A DNA stretch of 63,522 nt, the filler included, from Octopus bimaculoides (lineage: Eukaryota): the NCBI RefSeq assembly GCF_001194135.2. It is 4 parts of 3 records of this genome, joined end to end, with 100 filler letters (N's around TTAATTAATTAA, not from the genome) between each part and the next. Parts side by side here need not be neighbours in the genome. Positions count along the whole stretch, not along the records: positions 23,253 to 44,649 come from NC_068998.1; positions 44,750 to 46,832 come from NW_026420693.1; positions 46,933 to 63,522 come from NC_068986.1; 1 more part is not named here. One strand, given 5' to 3'. The position numbers and the translations under genes were made by a program. The notes beneath the pieces were generated by a model that saw only the letters and a list, made by a program, of their open reading frames with translations, did not search any database and had not been told where the DNA came from. Shown piece by piece: positions 37,710-51,060 of the stretch (the first letter of the stretch is position 1; each line of letters opens with the position of its first letter).

Positions 37710-38721
37710 CACATGATAACACTTCCACTCAGTTAAGATCAGAAATATCTTGCACATTGTTTTGTCTTGGTATAAAAGATGGGCTATTATTATTAATTCT
37801 ATTATTAAAATTGTAGCTAATATTATTTTTATAATTATTGTCATAGTTATTATTGTTAATATAATCATAACCACTACTACTCCTATTACCAGCAGTAATA
37901 GCTGCTATAATAGTGGTATCAGAAGTAGTAGTTATAGTAGAAGTAGTAATGTTAATTGTAATATTATTAAGATTAGAAGTTGTATCGGTATTGTTATGAT
38001 TCTTGTTATTATTAATTATTATTAATTGTTATTAATGTCATTAAGTTCTTTGCAATTTAAAGAAGATATAATATCACTTAAATTTGGCATTGTGGAATAG
38101 GAGAATTTTATTGTGTGTTTGTTAAATGTTTTGTGGTTTCAGTAGGTGGGAAGTGTTTGTCTAATAGTTGAAAGAATAGAAAAGGTATTTTAGTGGATAT
38201 ATGACAACTGAATGCAGCACTGTACCATATAATTTTTCTGTTAATTGATTTATTAGGCTTGTAAGATTTATCATCTTTATTAACTATATACTTGGTAGGG
38301 TTATTACTACAATTATTAGTTCTATTAGAATTATAACTGTTGTTAATAAATTTATTACTGTGGTTCTTATAATTCGATTAATGGGTTTGGTTATTTTTAG
38401 ATTTATAAATTTTTTACATTCTATATTAATGGAAATATTTTTTAATTTATTAACAGGTTTAATATTTGTAGTATTTAATTGTTGTTTATCATTTTTATTA
38501 TTAATACACTCTATTTCATCTTTATATCCAACTCTAGAAAGAGCTGAATTATAGTAGTTAGTATGACAGGAAGAAATATTTTTGTCAGCTGAAATTTTAG
38601 AAATACAATGTAAAATGCAATTTATAATTGAATGTATAATTGCACGTAGATGTTTTGCTTTTTTTGTGTATGTTTTGAAGATTATATATTCACATTGAAT
38701 ATGTGTATGTGTGTGTATGTG

Positions 38722-38756
<35 letters not shown>

Positions 38757-40007
38757 GTACACACACACACATGTAATGACAAGTTGTAAAGTATATTGAA
38801 ATATATTGTGCAAACATTATCAACCATAGAGCTATGTAGTGTGCTATAAGTGGATAGATATGTTTATTATTTCAAAAGTCGACAGTCTACTCAATGTTCT
38901 GCCTCAGGCAGGGTTGTTCATGGTCACTTAAAAGTTTACTACATTCACTCGTCGTGAATAATCATATTCTGTTTGATAGCTCATCTTACAGGAAATATGA
39001 AGTGAAAATAATAGAAGTTATAAATTTCTTTTAAAAAAAAAAAATGTTTTTCTTGTTATCTCTTCAATAGTCAGTTTATCAATACACATACATATGTATC
39101 AACATAGATGCCTTTTTCCTTTTCTTTTCTTTTTTTTCATTTTGATTCACTTGTTGCAGTCATTAGACTGTGGGCATGCTGGGGCACTGCCTTGAGGAAT
39201 TTTAATTGACTGAATCGACCACAGTCATTTTTTAAAGCCTGGTACTTATTCTATCAGTCTCTCTTGCTGAACTGCTAAGTCATGGGGGCATAAAAACACC
39301 AACACCGATTGTCAAGTGGTGGTAGGAGACAAACACAGACAGAAAGAAGCAGACACACACACACACACACACAAAAGAAAATTGTTATTTCCACTTCTAT
39401 ATTTTCTATTTTCTCTTTCTGACAATGAAATACTTAGCTTATTGAAATTCTTTACTCAATAACATATGATTCACATGCTTAGCTATTCTAGAAACAGCTG
39501 TAAGAGACTTTATATATTTTTGTAACTACTCTGCACTGTGCTTATAGTATAAATTATAAATTAGATGTTCTTGAATGTTGCCAAATGTTTTGTTCGTTCA
39601 TTATCTGTTATAATGTATATCTTCCTGCTCAATGATTAATTACTTCTAGCCACCTTTGATAGGCAATTTCAGTACTAAATTATTCAGTTGAAGTTCAAGC
39701 TGGGATTTTAATGGTATACACATACAAAAAGTGCCATCTGAAGCTTGTAAAATGTACTATGCAACTTATAACATACACACTAGTGCAGATATGTAAAATA
39801 ATTGCATTAAAAAAATTTTTTAAATGCCTCCTAACTTTCATTATGTTCTATATACTCCTCACGAAATAATTTTCACTCATTTGATTTACTGGATTTCAAC
39901 TGCATAAAACTCTACATTACACTCTTATGTATTGATTTACTCTGTGGTTTGTAGCCTGGTCCACTAAAGGAGCATTTTTGTGATTACCATTGGATTAGAT
40001 AAATCCA

Positions 40008-40038
<31 letters not shown>

Positions 40039-40039
40039 C

Positions 40040-40185
40040 ATCATCATCATCATCATCGTTTAACGTCCGCCTTCCATGCTAGCATGGGTTGGACGATTTT
40101 ACTGAGGACTGGTGAAACCGGATGGCAACACCAGGCTCCAGTCTAATTTGGCAGAGTTTCTACAGCTGGATGCCCTTCCTATATA
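40040..40185 (-). mobile_element. 3' end of an RTE-type LINE or SINE with a (GAT)n tail
   Basis: catcatcgtttaacgtccgccttccatgctagcatggg...ttctacagctggatgcccttcct; tail resembles that at about 24660-24708. Confidence 0.65.
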
Positions 40186-40544
40186 TNNNNNNNNNNNNNN
40201 NNNNNNNNNNNNNNNNNNNNNNNNNNNNNNNNNNNNNNNNNNNNNNNNNNNNNNNNNNNNNNNNNNNNNNNNNNNNNNNNNNNNNNNNNNNNNNNNNNNN
40301 NNNNNNNNNNNNNNNNNNNNNNNNNNATGTTGAGTAGAGTACCAGCACAGTTTAGGTTACCTGTTATCATCCATAATTGTCTAAGTATTAATCTTCCTTT
40401 CACCTTCTACTTTCTTTTTCCTCTAAGCAGTTACGACAGTGAAAGCTAATTATGTCATTTTGTCTAAATTGGAACAAATGTTTTCCACATTCATATTTGA
40501 ATTTTTTGTGTTTCGACAATATTTTTTACTTTTATTCATTCTTA

Positions 40545-40790
40545 AACTGGATGGGCATATAAGAACAAGCCAGCCAACACAAAAAATATCTAGTGAGATT
40601 TCTTTATCAATGTACCCGGAGAGACTCAATCAACGAAAGTTTATGATTTTTTCCTATATAAATTTCACAATTACACAATTTGCCAACAATGTCACAACCT
40701 CCATAACCAAATAACAACCATTCCTAACTAAATGTGGCATAGAAAAAGAGACAACTACCACAATTCCTACCATAACCTTTGCTGAAATTT
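40545..40790 (+). mobile_element. Penelope-like 3' fragment
   Basis: Homologous, in inverted orientation, to 41220-41430. Confidence 0.7.
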
Positions 40791-41219
40791 CCACATATGT
40801 TGAACCTAACAAAAGTCTAATATGAAATCACCTCCTGCTATCAATTAATACTATATATACATATATATATATTGAAAGGGAAAATGAAGGAAATGCTTTG
40901 AGAAATTTATCATGGATATAAGTAAGAATTTTAATTTTATCAAAATATGGTACAGGTTTCAATCACTTAAAAAGACAGTTTAGCCATGCCGGAATAAAAA
41001 GAAAAGTAAATTGAATTAAATTAAATTAATTTTTCATGATATCAGTTCTGGAAGTTCACGTGTTTGTCTTACAAAATTCGTGTGGTGCTCTGGTATTTTG
41101 TTACCATCTCATTGTTAATGAGTCACCATGGTAGAGGCAGACATAGCAGTAATTAGAAACATCAGTTAGTAGTAGCAGCAGCAATGTGACTGTAGTACTC
41201 ATTTTATCATCCTAGCAAG

Positions 41220-41967
41220 TAGCAGTAGTAATTGTGGAAACAACAGCCACATTTAGTTGGGAGTGGCTGTTATTTGGTTATGAATGTTGTGACGATGTTT
41301 GCGAATTGTGTAATTGTGAAATTTATATAGGAAAAAATCATAAAACTTCGCTGTTTCTCACCAGCGCATATGTCTATAAGTTCAGTGATTCCAATTTGTC
41401 TGGATGCCTATATTTCAGTTTGTGGTCTAAGCGGTCATGAATTGTCTTAATGAGCCTCTTATTTGTCCCATGTAATTTTCTCCACATAGTGAGCATGCAT
41501 TTGTAAAGATAAGGCTTTCAGATGCACAGGTGAGGTTATATTTCATTGAGAAGAGTTATCCTTGCTTGAAATGGATCTCCAGTCTTTCTGCAACACACAA
41601 AAATAACATTAAAACATGTACCACAGCTGTGTCTTACTCACATTTTTCCTGCTGCTTGTCCTCTTGTTATTGTGTGAAGTTTGGCTTTGTTATAATTTTT
41701 TCATTGGTTTGAGTTGTCTTATACTTTTTTGATTATATATGTTTGGAGGACTTAGTCCTTTTTCAATGTTGGTATGCTTGAAATATGATGCTGTAATCCT
41801 CATTGTTTTGGAAATTGTTAGTGGACGTGTATGGTAGCACTTTCAGTTCTGATATACTTCTTTGTTTTGCTTGTCTTAGTTCCTTGCTATTGACATTCTT
41901 ATTTTGTATTCCATTATCAATTAAAGTTGGATAATTCTTGTCAAGGAGTGTCTTCTGTTCTTGAAGT

Positions 41968-41970
<3 letters not shown>
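41220..41970 (-). mobile_element. Penelope-like element remnant (RT C-terminus to GIY-YIG)
   Basis: KTLLDKNYPTLIDNGIQ...LPYTSTNN...KYNLTCASESLIF...CSLCGENYMGQIRGSLRQ... Confidence 0.8.
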
Positions 41971-42004
<34 letters not shown>

Positions 42005-42250
42005 NNNNNNNNNNNNNNNNNNNNNNNNNNNNNNNNNNNNNNNNNNNNNNNNNNNNNNNNNNNNNNNNNNNNNNNNNNNNNNNNNNNNNNNNNNNNNNNN
42101 NNNNNNNNNNNNNNNNNNNNNNNNNNNNNNNNNNNNNNNNNNNNNNNNNNNNNNNNNNNNNNNNNNNNNNNNNNNNNNNNNNNNNNNNNNNNNNNNNNNN
42201 NNNNNNNNNNNNNNNNNNNNNNNNNNNNNNATTCAAGCCTTGAATCTATA

Positions 42251-42309
<59 letters not shown>

Positions 42310-42658
42310 TCACCCACACACGTCACATACATGCATGCATGCACACACACCACACATACACAAATACATGTGTGTGTGTGTGAGTGCATGTGTCTGCATG
42401 TAACTGTATTTGTGCTCTCTGTTTTCCCCCTCCTCATCTGTTTTCTCATTCCTTTCTCTAGAAGAGCATAAGCTTGAGATGGCAGACTTTTCCATTTTTC
42501 CCCAGTGTCAAATTAATAAACCATGTTTGATGCTTCCTCACCTGTCTCTATCTTTGTGCTTCCTTTTTGTACAATGTTAAACCATATTTACAAATATATA
42601 TATATATGTATGTATACACATGTGTATACATGTNNNNNNNNNNATATATGTAAATGTT

Positions 42659-42699
<41 letters not shown>

Positions 42700-43084
42700 T
42701 TGTGTGTCCATATATGTGTTTGAGTGCATGTACACACACACATATATATACACATGCACACACACACAATCACACACAAACATATAACCAAATATCTTTT
42801 ATCTTTTGCTTGTTACAGTCATTAGACTGCAGTCATGCTGGTGTGCCCACCTTGAAGAATTTTTAGTCAAATGTATCAACCCCAGTACTTACTCTTTAAA
42901 GCCTGGTACTTATTCTATTGGTCTCTTTTGCCAAATCACTAATTTACGAGGATGTAAACCCACCAACAATGGTTGTATAACAGTGGTGCTCATTCACATC
43001 TGTCACATGTTATTATGGCAAGGAGATTAAAAAAAACAGACGCACATGTGCATACATTCATATATATGTGCAAATGAATTGATA

Positions 43085-43470
43085 TACAGGTATAGGAGTG
43101 ACTGTGTGGTAAGAAGCTTGCTTCCCAACAACATGGTTCTGTGTTCAGTTCCACTACGTGGCACCTTGGGTAAGTGTCCTCTACTATAGCCTCGGGCCAA
43201 CTGAAGCCTTCTGAGTGGAAATAAACATCATTAAGCTTCTGAGAAGCTGAAAGATGCCTGTCATGTGTGTGTATGTTTATCCCCCACCACCAATTGATCA
43301 CAGGTGTTAGTGTGTTTACATCCCTGTAACCTAGTGGTTTGGCAAAACGACTGATAGAATAAGTACCAGGCTTAAAAAATAAAAATAAAAGTACAGGAGT
43401 CGGTTCTTCAATGCAGTGCCCCAGCATGGCTGCTGTCTAATGACTGAAACAAGTGAAAGCTAAAAAATAA
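43085..43470 (+). mobile_element. SINE family A
   Basis: ggagtgactgtgtggtaagaagcttgcttcccaac...gtgccccagcatggctgctgtctaatgactgaaac. Confidence 0.85.
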
Positions 43471-44070
43471 AGGAAAAATATATATCTGTATGAAAAGAGA
43501 TGATATATAAAACAATAAAACGAAAAATAATTAGTCATGGTAATTAAGTGCTCAATTAATCATAGGACATTAAGCTTCAGCATGTTATAACATTGCACTT
43601 AATCCTGTGGAAGTATCTTGCATTTATACACATAATCAGCTAAAATGATCCATAAGAGCAATGCATATTGAGAATAAAAAGAAGGAAGGCATAAATTTCC
43701 CAGATAGATCAGGATTACTTGTAACATCTGTTTCGTTAGAAATAAACATCATTAATTCTATAATTACATAATTAAGATACATAATTAATAGCAATTAATT
43801 AGAATTAAATTAATCTAAAGCAGTGCATGTATCTGAGTGTGTGTGTGTCTAGGTATGTTGTATGTGTGTGTGTGTGTGTGCATGTGTGTATATATGCATA
43901 TAAGTGTGTGCATGTGTATATTTGTATTTGTTTATATGTATTTAAAGGTATATGGATATCTTTTATTTTTTATTGTTTATGTGTTTTAGCCATTAGACTG
44001 TGGCCATGCTAGGGCACTGCGTTGAAGGATTTTTAGCTGAATGAATCAACTCCAATACTTAATTTTTGTA

Positions 44071-44104
<34 letters not shown>

Positions 44105-44935
44105 TTGAGCAGTGGATTTAAAAAACTATAATGTATATAGATGGAACATGTGTATCTTCAGTGTTGCATAAATATGCATTAATTTTACTGCCCTTACTGA
44201 AGAAACACAGATGGCAATTTAATTTATTTGCACGTTAATGCAGAAACTTGAGTATAAGGGTAACTATTGAAATGTTTTTATTTTTCATTCCCTTTGAAAT
44301 TACTTTTATTTGTGGCTTTGGCTCTAACTGCCCTATCCAGCTTGTAAAGTGTCCTGTTAAAGGTCACCTCTTTTGTGTATAAAAACGTACACTAATTTAT
44401 GCATATATATATATATATATAAACAATATATGAGTATATGCATATATATGTACATGTATGTATATACGTTCATCTACATGTACATATAGATACATAACTG
44501 GGTACATGACGTGGCAAAAGAACAAAGACAAAATGGTAAACAAGGTGCAACAAACAAGCAGGCCACATAGAAACATCCCCTTCATCAGCTGCCACCATTA
44601 AAACTCCGGCGTTTCGAAGAATTAAGGCAGTACGCATCGTTAAAATGGTNNNNNNNNNNNNNNNNNNNNNNNNNNNNNNNNNNNNNNNNNNNNTTAATTA
44701 ATTAANNNNNNNNNNNNNNNNNNNNNNNNNNNNNNNNNNNNNNNNNNNNTTGTATTTACACCGACACATAGCTAACCCCATATCCATATATACGTGCACA
44801 CACATACAAAACACATACACACACACACACACACATAATTCTTATAACCGCTGCTTCTATAAGTACGAGAATATGGCCACCCACTCAAAAACAAAAAAAC
44901 AAAAAATACATAGATGTAGATATATATACGCAGAT

Positions 44936-44972
<37 letters not shown>

Positions 44973-45336
44973 CGTAACTTATACGTTTTTCCGCTCTGCG
45001 AAGCGAAAGAATCAAAAAATCTCGTAAGGCGGGAGCACTTTCATGTCGCTTGTCTTAACGCGAGGGTGGGCCGCTCTCTTCTACACATCATTCCTGCACT
45101 CTCTCTCTATCTATCTATATATGTATATGTAATATATATATATATATGGAAAAGCACACACTCTCTCTCTCTCTCTCTCACACACACACAGAGAAGAGAG
45201 AGAGGAAGAGAAAGATACCCCTATGCATTGTTCTGGGCAATCTACCCGAGTAACGGTAACAAAATGGTCAGTTGAATGGCGAAGGCGAATATTGACGCGA
45301 CTTTTTTCATTTCTGTAGTGTGTGATCGATGTGGCT

Positions 45337-45369
<33 letters not shown>

Positions 45370-45433
45370 CATACTTATCCATATATGTATGTTCATATAT
45401 ATGTATATTTGAATATATATATGTATATATGTA

Positions 45434-45480
<47 letters not shown>

Positions 45481-45758
45481 NNNNNNNNNNNNNNNNNNNN
45501 NNNNNNNNNNNNNNNNNNNNNNNNNNNNNNNNNNNNNNNNNNNNNNNNNNNNNNNNNNNNNNNNNNNNNNNNNNNNNNNNNNNNNNNNNNNNNNNNNNNN
45601 NNNNNNNNNNNNNNNNNNNNNNNNNNNNNNNNNNNNNNNNNNNNNNNNNNNNNNNNNNNNNNNNNNNNNNNNNNNNNNNNNNNNNNNNNNNNNNNNNNNN
45701 NNNNNNNNNNNNNNNNNNNNNNNNNNNNNNNNNNNNNNNNNNNNNNNNNNNNNNNNNN

Positions 45759-45792
<34 letters not shown>

Positions 45793-46054
45793 TTATATAT
45801 TTAACACACACATACATTTATGTATGTATGTATGTATGTATGTATGTATTTATGTGTGTGCAATGAACGTAAAGAGTCTCACTCGGTTGGCGTTTGGTCG
45901 GATGTGTCTTAATCTCTGGGTGGCTGGGAACGACTTCTCAAGTTGTTTCTGATGTCCATAAAAGGACATTCAGTCTAAGTTGATTTATTTTTGGGGTCGT
46001 AGTGGTTTTATTAGCTGTAATAACAGTATAGGTAGTAGTGCTGGTAACGTTCGA

Positions 46055-46594
46055 TCGATGTGAAAGGAATTGTCCACACAGTATTTGGTCCCCCGCGCCC
46101 GTGCCTGGTCAGACTGTTAACCAGACGTTTGACCTGGCAGTTCTGAAGCGTTTGCAAGACACGGAGAGGCGAAAACGCTCCGACCAGTGGGAAAGTTGAG
46201 TGGTGGTTTCAACACGACAATGCACCTGCGCACACCGCCTTGAGTGTGAGGCAGTTTTGATTTTTAAAAACTAGGCAGGATTCCGTTTAGGCACTCTTCC
46301 TATTCACCTGGTTTTTTTTTTCCCTGCAACCTTTCTTTGTTGTCCGGTATGAAAAAAAGGGTCTTTAAAAAGAAAATGCTTTGCAGATGTGGAAGAGGTG
46401 AAGGAAAAAAAAATGGACGAAGGCGTTGAAAGGCAGCGACTCGCAAGAGTTCCAAGACTGCTTCGAACATTGGGAAACGCGTCTGGACCAATGCATTGCT
46501 TCAAATGGAGAATTCTTCGAAGGCAATGAAAGTGTTAACATGTAAAACTATAAGTGAATAAAATAATATTGCAAAATTTTGGGGGTACCCCCTC
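46055..46594 (+). mobile_element. mariner 3' half with terminal repeat
   Basis: PGQTVNQTFDLAVLKRL, WWFQHDNAPAHTALSVRQF, CFADVEEVK, FQDCFEHWETRLDQCIASNGEFFEG; ends gggggtacccctcgt. Confidence 0.88.
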
Positions 46595-47736
46595 GTTTAT
46601 ACACACACACACACACATACACACACACACACACACACACTCATACACACACACTCACACTCACACACACACACAGAAGATCCCAAAGGACGAATGGCTA
46701 AGTCGACCTCGGCAGAGCTTAAACTTGTCTAGCATGTTAACAATTCTGTTAGCTCGTCGCTAACAACAACAACAACTATAAGAACAATAATAATAATTAA
46801 TTCGTTTTATTGGCCACAAGGGCTAATATCAANNNNNNNNNNNNNNNNNNNNNNNNNNNNNNNNNNNNNNNNNNNNTTAATTAATTAANNNNNNNNNNNN
46901 NNNNNNNNNNNNNNNNNNNNNNNNNNNNNNNNTATATATATATATATATATCAGTGTATTATACGTATGTGTGCGCGCTCGCGTCTGTATGTGCGTGTAT
47001 GTGTATATAACAAAACTACTAGCACGCAGTTGTTATGAATAACTGGAATAACTACGCACGGAAATCATATGTCTAGTAAATATACAAGTATATGTAGTAA
47101 CGCTGTGAGAATATAATTCGTGGATAACTCATAGAAGCCTTGGCAGCCGAGAATGCGTCATATCCGATTAGGTTCGACTTTGTTAAGGATCGTCAGGGAT
47201 CGCTTGTTTATGCTGTGTTGTCAAATTTGCACTGTAAATTTATTGACGGAAGTAGTTGGTTTAGTTATTCTTTCATAAATTCGGTAGACAACGTATGAAA
47301 TAAAAATAGAAGTAAGAAAACTGTTAGACAAAGAGGCAGACAGGCAAGTTTACGGAAATGAAAAGGGTGAGGAACAAAGAATTAGGCACAAAAATGATGA
47401 AAGGAGCAAAGATGAAGTGAAAGTGAAAGGAATAAAAGGCGATAGAAAGGAAAAGAAAATGAAAAATAAAAGAAAGAAGAGGCGGTTGGCACATATTTCT
47501 TTATGTTATTTTATAACAAATGCACTTTCCGTGACATTCGAAGTGGGTACATATTTGAGAGGAACGGAAAGAAAAATCGAAACTGAGTCCAATGCAAGAA
47601 AAACAGAAGAGAGGGGAAACAATGAATCTGAATGAAGGCATACGAGAAAGGGAGGAATAAAAATAAACTGACGTTTATACTACGAAGTCGAAAACGAAGA
47701 CAAAGCTAACAGACACATAAAAGGCATAAAAGAAAA

Positions 47737-47844
<108 letters not shown>

Positions 47845-48489
47845 TAAACAAAAGTTAACAGTACAAGGGAAGCCAACTGGTCTGTAATGAAATGATAATA
47901 TATAAAATTCGATAAACGAAGCAAAATGAGTTCTTTAAATCCCTTTAACAACGCTTACGGAAATCCTTTGACATAAGATACTCCTGTAGTAAGGAAAGAG
48001 AACTCAAATTATATTCAAAGCACTTCAGAAACCTTTCGAAATCTTTCGAAGACTTCTCCACAAATTTAACCAAGAATATCAAACTTATTTGGGTATCAAT
48101 GATATTCCGAAGCAATTACCAATTTTGATGATGACATTTCAAAATGAGATCGTTAGCAGAAGTTAATCAATTAAATACGTACAACATCAAATTTCGGAGA
48201 GAAAGTGAAGCACAACGATCTGGACTCTCTAAAAAAGGTGGTTTACGAAATTTGTTCACTAAAAATTGGTCTGTAGTACCTTCCACTTTCAATCTCCAGG
48301 GGTGTTTCAATAAAGAAGTGGTTTATCTTTTCTCCTGGAATCAGAGAAAATAGGTGTGTTATGTCTATCTATTTTTAAAGTTATAGTCTGCTAAACATAA
48401 ATACGTATACTGACATCTATGAACTTGAATTTCGCTTAGTACCTTAACCATTGAATGGGCATGAGTTTAATCTCGTAAAAATGCATTGG

Positions 48490-49110
48490 GTTGGAATATC
48501 AAACATATGAAAAAGACGCAAATGGGAACTGCCCACTATACAGGAGTAAAACCTGGAAAAGCATAAAAAGGAACAAAGAGAAGATACATGAGGCAAACTC
48601 ACAGTATGACAACCAAAAATATCAGTGTCATGTTTGTTGATGCTCCATCAGGCGACGAACTAGCATACCTTTTCAGGAAAACATTGAATAAGATAAATCT
48701 ACAGATTAAAGTAGTAGAGACGTTAGGAAGCCAATCCATTCGAAAAGCCTCCATGTAGAGAGAACAACCGTATAATATGTAGGATGAACCCACAGGTTAA
48801 CTGTAAGATTAGGAAAGTGGTCTATGACTTACTGTGTACTGAGGGACGATGCAGAAACGAGACAAATTATATTGGGGAGACGGCACGTAGCATAGGGGAG
48901 CGGATAGGTGTATGGAAATAGGGATTCACGTAGCGGATAGGGAACGGATAAGCGGGAGCTGGACGAGAAAAGCTCGCCAGTGCTCTACCAATAATATGCT
49001 CAATTAGAACATAAAGGCTCTGTTAATAACAGGGATATTAAGGTATTATAAACGCATAGAACAGACAAGACATTAGGACAAATTACAGAAGCCACACAAA
49101 TAATAAAAGG
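48490..49110 (+). mobile_element. Penelope-like element remnant (GIY-YIG), a different subfamily
   Basis: CPLYRSKTWK, VMFVDAPSGDELA...IKVVETLG, NCKIRKVVYDLLC...C...NYIGETARSIGER, GQITEA. Confidence 0.8.
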
Positions 49111-49709
49111 CATACGGATCTTCAACAGAAAACACGAATGACCAACAACATCCCCCACCACGACGCTACGGAGCAAGACGACTAAAGACAGAATGAGTGA
49201 AAAAAAAAAGACATATATACAAACAGTATAATACACACACATACATATGCCTAAGAGGAAAATAGAGGAAAAATAGATAGATAGATAAATAAATGAAAAA
49301 AAAGAAGCTAAATAAAGAGTCCGGATACAGACAGTATAGTAAGCAAATCCATGTATAAACACAAAACACATACAAACTACATAGAGACGCATGCACACAC
49401 GCGCGCTCGCGCACAAATACAGACGTAAACGCGTGTGCAGAAAAGGATACACATCATAGTAAGACTGAATTGACTAAACAGAACAGAAGATACTTGGGAT
49501 GGGGAACTGTTGAAGAGGTTGGAGGATGTGTGACGAAAGATTTCCAGAGAAAGAACATAAAATTTAAAAAATAATAATAAGCAAGTGATGATCAAATATA
49601 TAATGCATGTGTTTATTTGGCAAGGAAAAAGATTAAGGCCTCGAAATATGACAATATCTGTTTCAGTACATGATTTCACTTCAGAAAGTTTGGAAAACAA
49701 ATGCAGAAA

Positions 49710-49746
<37 letters not shown>

Positions 49747-49794
49747 TGTGTGTATACTATCTATCTATCTATCTATCTGTCCGTCCGTCCGTCC

Positions 49795-49877
<83 letters not shown>

Positions 49878-50132
49878 GAGGCTAGAGCGGGTTAGAGTCC
49901 GCTGTAGCTGCCTGCTTCGTAGTGTCCCTCAGCATCAGTGAGCTGGAGAAGACTAAGAGATTGAACGTTTTTCGTACCTGCTTAAATAGCCGTTGTCGAG
50001 GAGAGCCTCGTTGTGGTGTCGCACATAGCAACGGTCGTATGCGAGATCTCGCTCTTGTCTCGGATAAGATAATGGCTGCCAGCGAGATCTCGTAAAAAAT
50101 GGCGCTGGCTACTTGTGCCATGCTACAAGGGC

Positions 50133-50336
50133 TTTTTGCATTCGTGTTTAGACTTCTTTCGTGAAAATTTAGGCCAAGTGAGTGAGGAACATGGAGAGAG
50201 ATTCCATCAGGATATTGCTTCAATAGAGAAAAGATAGCAACGGAGCTGGGACACTGCAATGATGGGGGTCTATATATGGTCATTGGTGCGTACAGGAACT
50301 CACAGTAGGAGAGAACGATATTCGGTGCATTTCTAG
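50133..50336 (+). pseudogene. C-terminal transposase remnant, probably CMC/Chapaev-3 type
   Basis: FLHSCLDFFRENLGQVSEEHGERFHQDIASIEKR*QRSWDTAMMGVYIW matches the recalled HSHLDFFPENLGAVSDEHGERFHQDI motif; superfamily assigned from memory. Confidence 0.65.
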
Positions 50337-50504
50337 TAAAATCTTATGATCTCATCAAAGTTTTGCTTATATTTCTCATTAATAAATATTAGGACAAAAT
50401 ATTTTTAGTTCCTATTAATGTACAATGCGAGTAGCTTGAATAAAGTACTATCGCAGCTAAATTTTGTTCCCATTCTCGAGAAAACCGCAATTGTCGAAGT
50501 GATC

Positions 50505-50832
50505 GTAGAGCAACGTGAGATAAAGTGTTTTGCTGAAGAACACACAACCCGATCTAGGAATTGAAACCACGATATCGTGACCATTTCTGCAACACCTTAA
50601 CTGCTAGGCCATATGCCCCCATTACTACTAATAATAATGGTTTCAAATTTTGCAACAGGGGCAGCCATTTTGGGGGGAGAGGATAAGTCGATTACATCGA
50701 CCCCAGTGTTTCACTGGTACTTAATTTATCGACCCCGAAAGAATGAAAGGCAAAGTCGACCTCGGCGGCATTTGAACTCAGAATGTGAAGATAGACGAAA
50801 TACCGTTAAGTATTTCGTCCGGCGTGCTAACG

Positions 50833-50867
<35 letters not shown>

Positions 50868-51060
50868 CACAAGGCCTGGAAATTGGAGGAGGGAGACAGT
50901 CGATTACATCGACCCGAGTACTCAACTGGTACTTAATTTACCGACCCCGAAAGGAAGAAAAGCGAAGTTTACCTTGACAGTGTTTGAACTCTGAACGTAA
51001 AGAGTCGGAAGAAATGCCGCTAGGCCTTTTTTCCGAAGCAGTAACGGTTCTGCTAGTTTC
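50505..51060 (-). mobile_element. SINE cluster: family C/D head (about 50505-50615) and two family B copies (about 50635-50835 and 50870-51060) separated by (AAT)n
   Basis: Homology to 15785-15998 and 8980-9060. Confidence 0.85.

Noticed and set aside
39588-39610. tttgttcgttc resembling the miR-375 5' end
   Set aside because: Only 11 nt match and no precursor hairpin.
44560-44650. Minus-strand GAAAC...CUGAUGA in type II hammerhead order (similar at 12110-12160)
   Set aside because: No valid NUH triplet or stem I pairing; probably PLE-terminal sequence but not supportable as a ribozyme.
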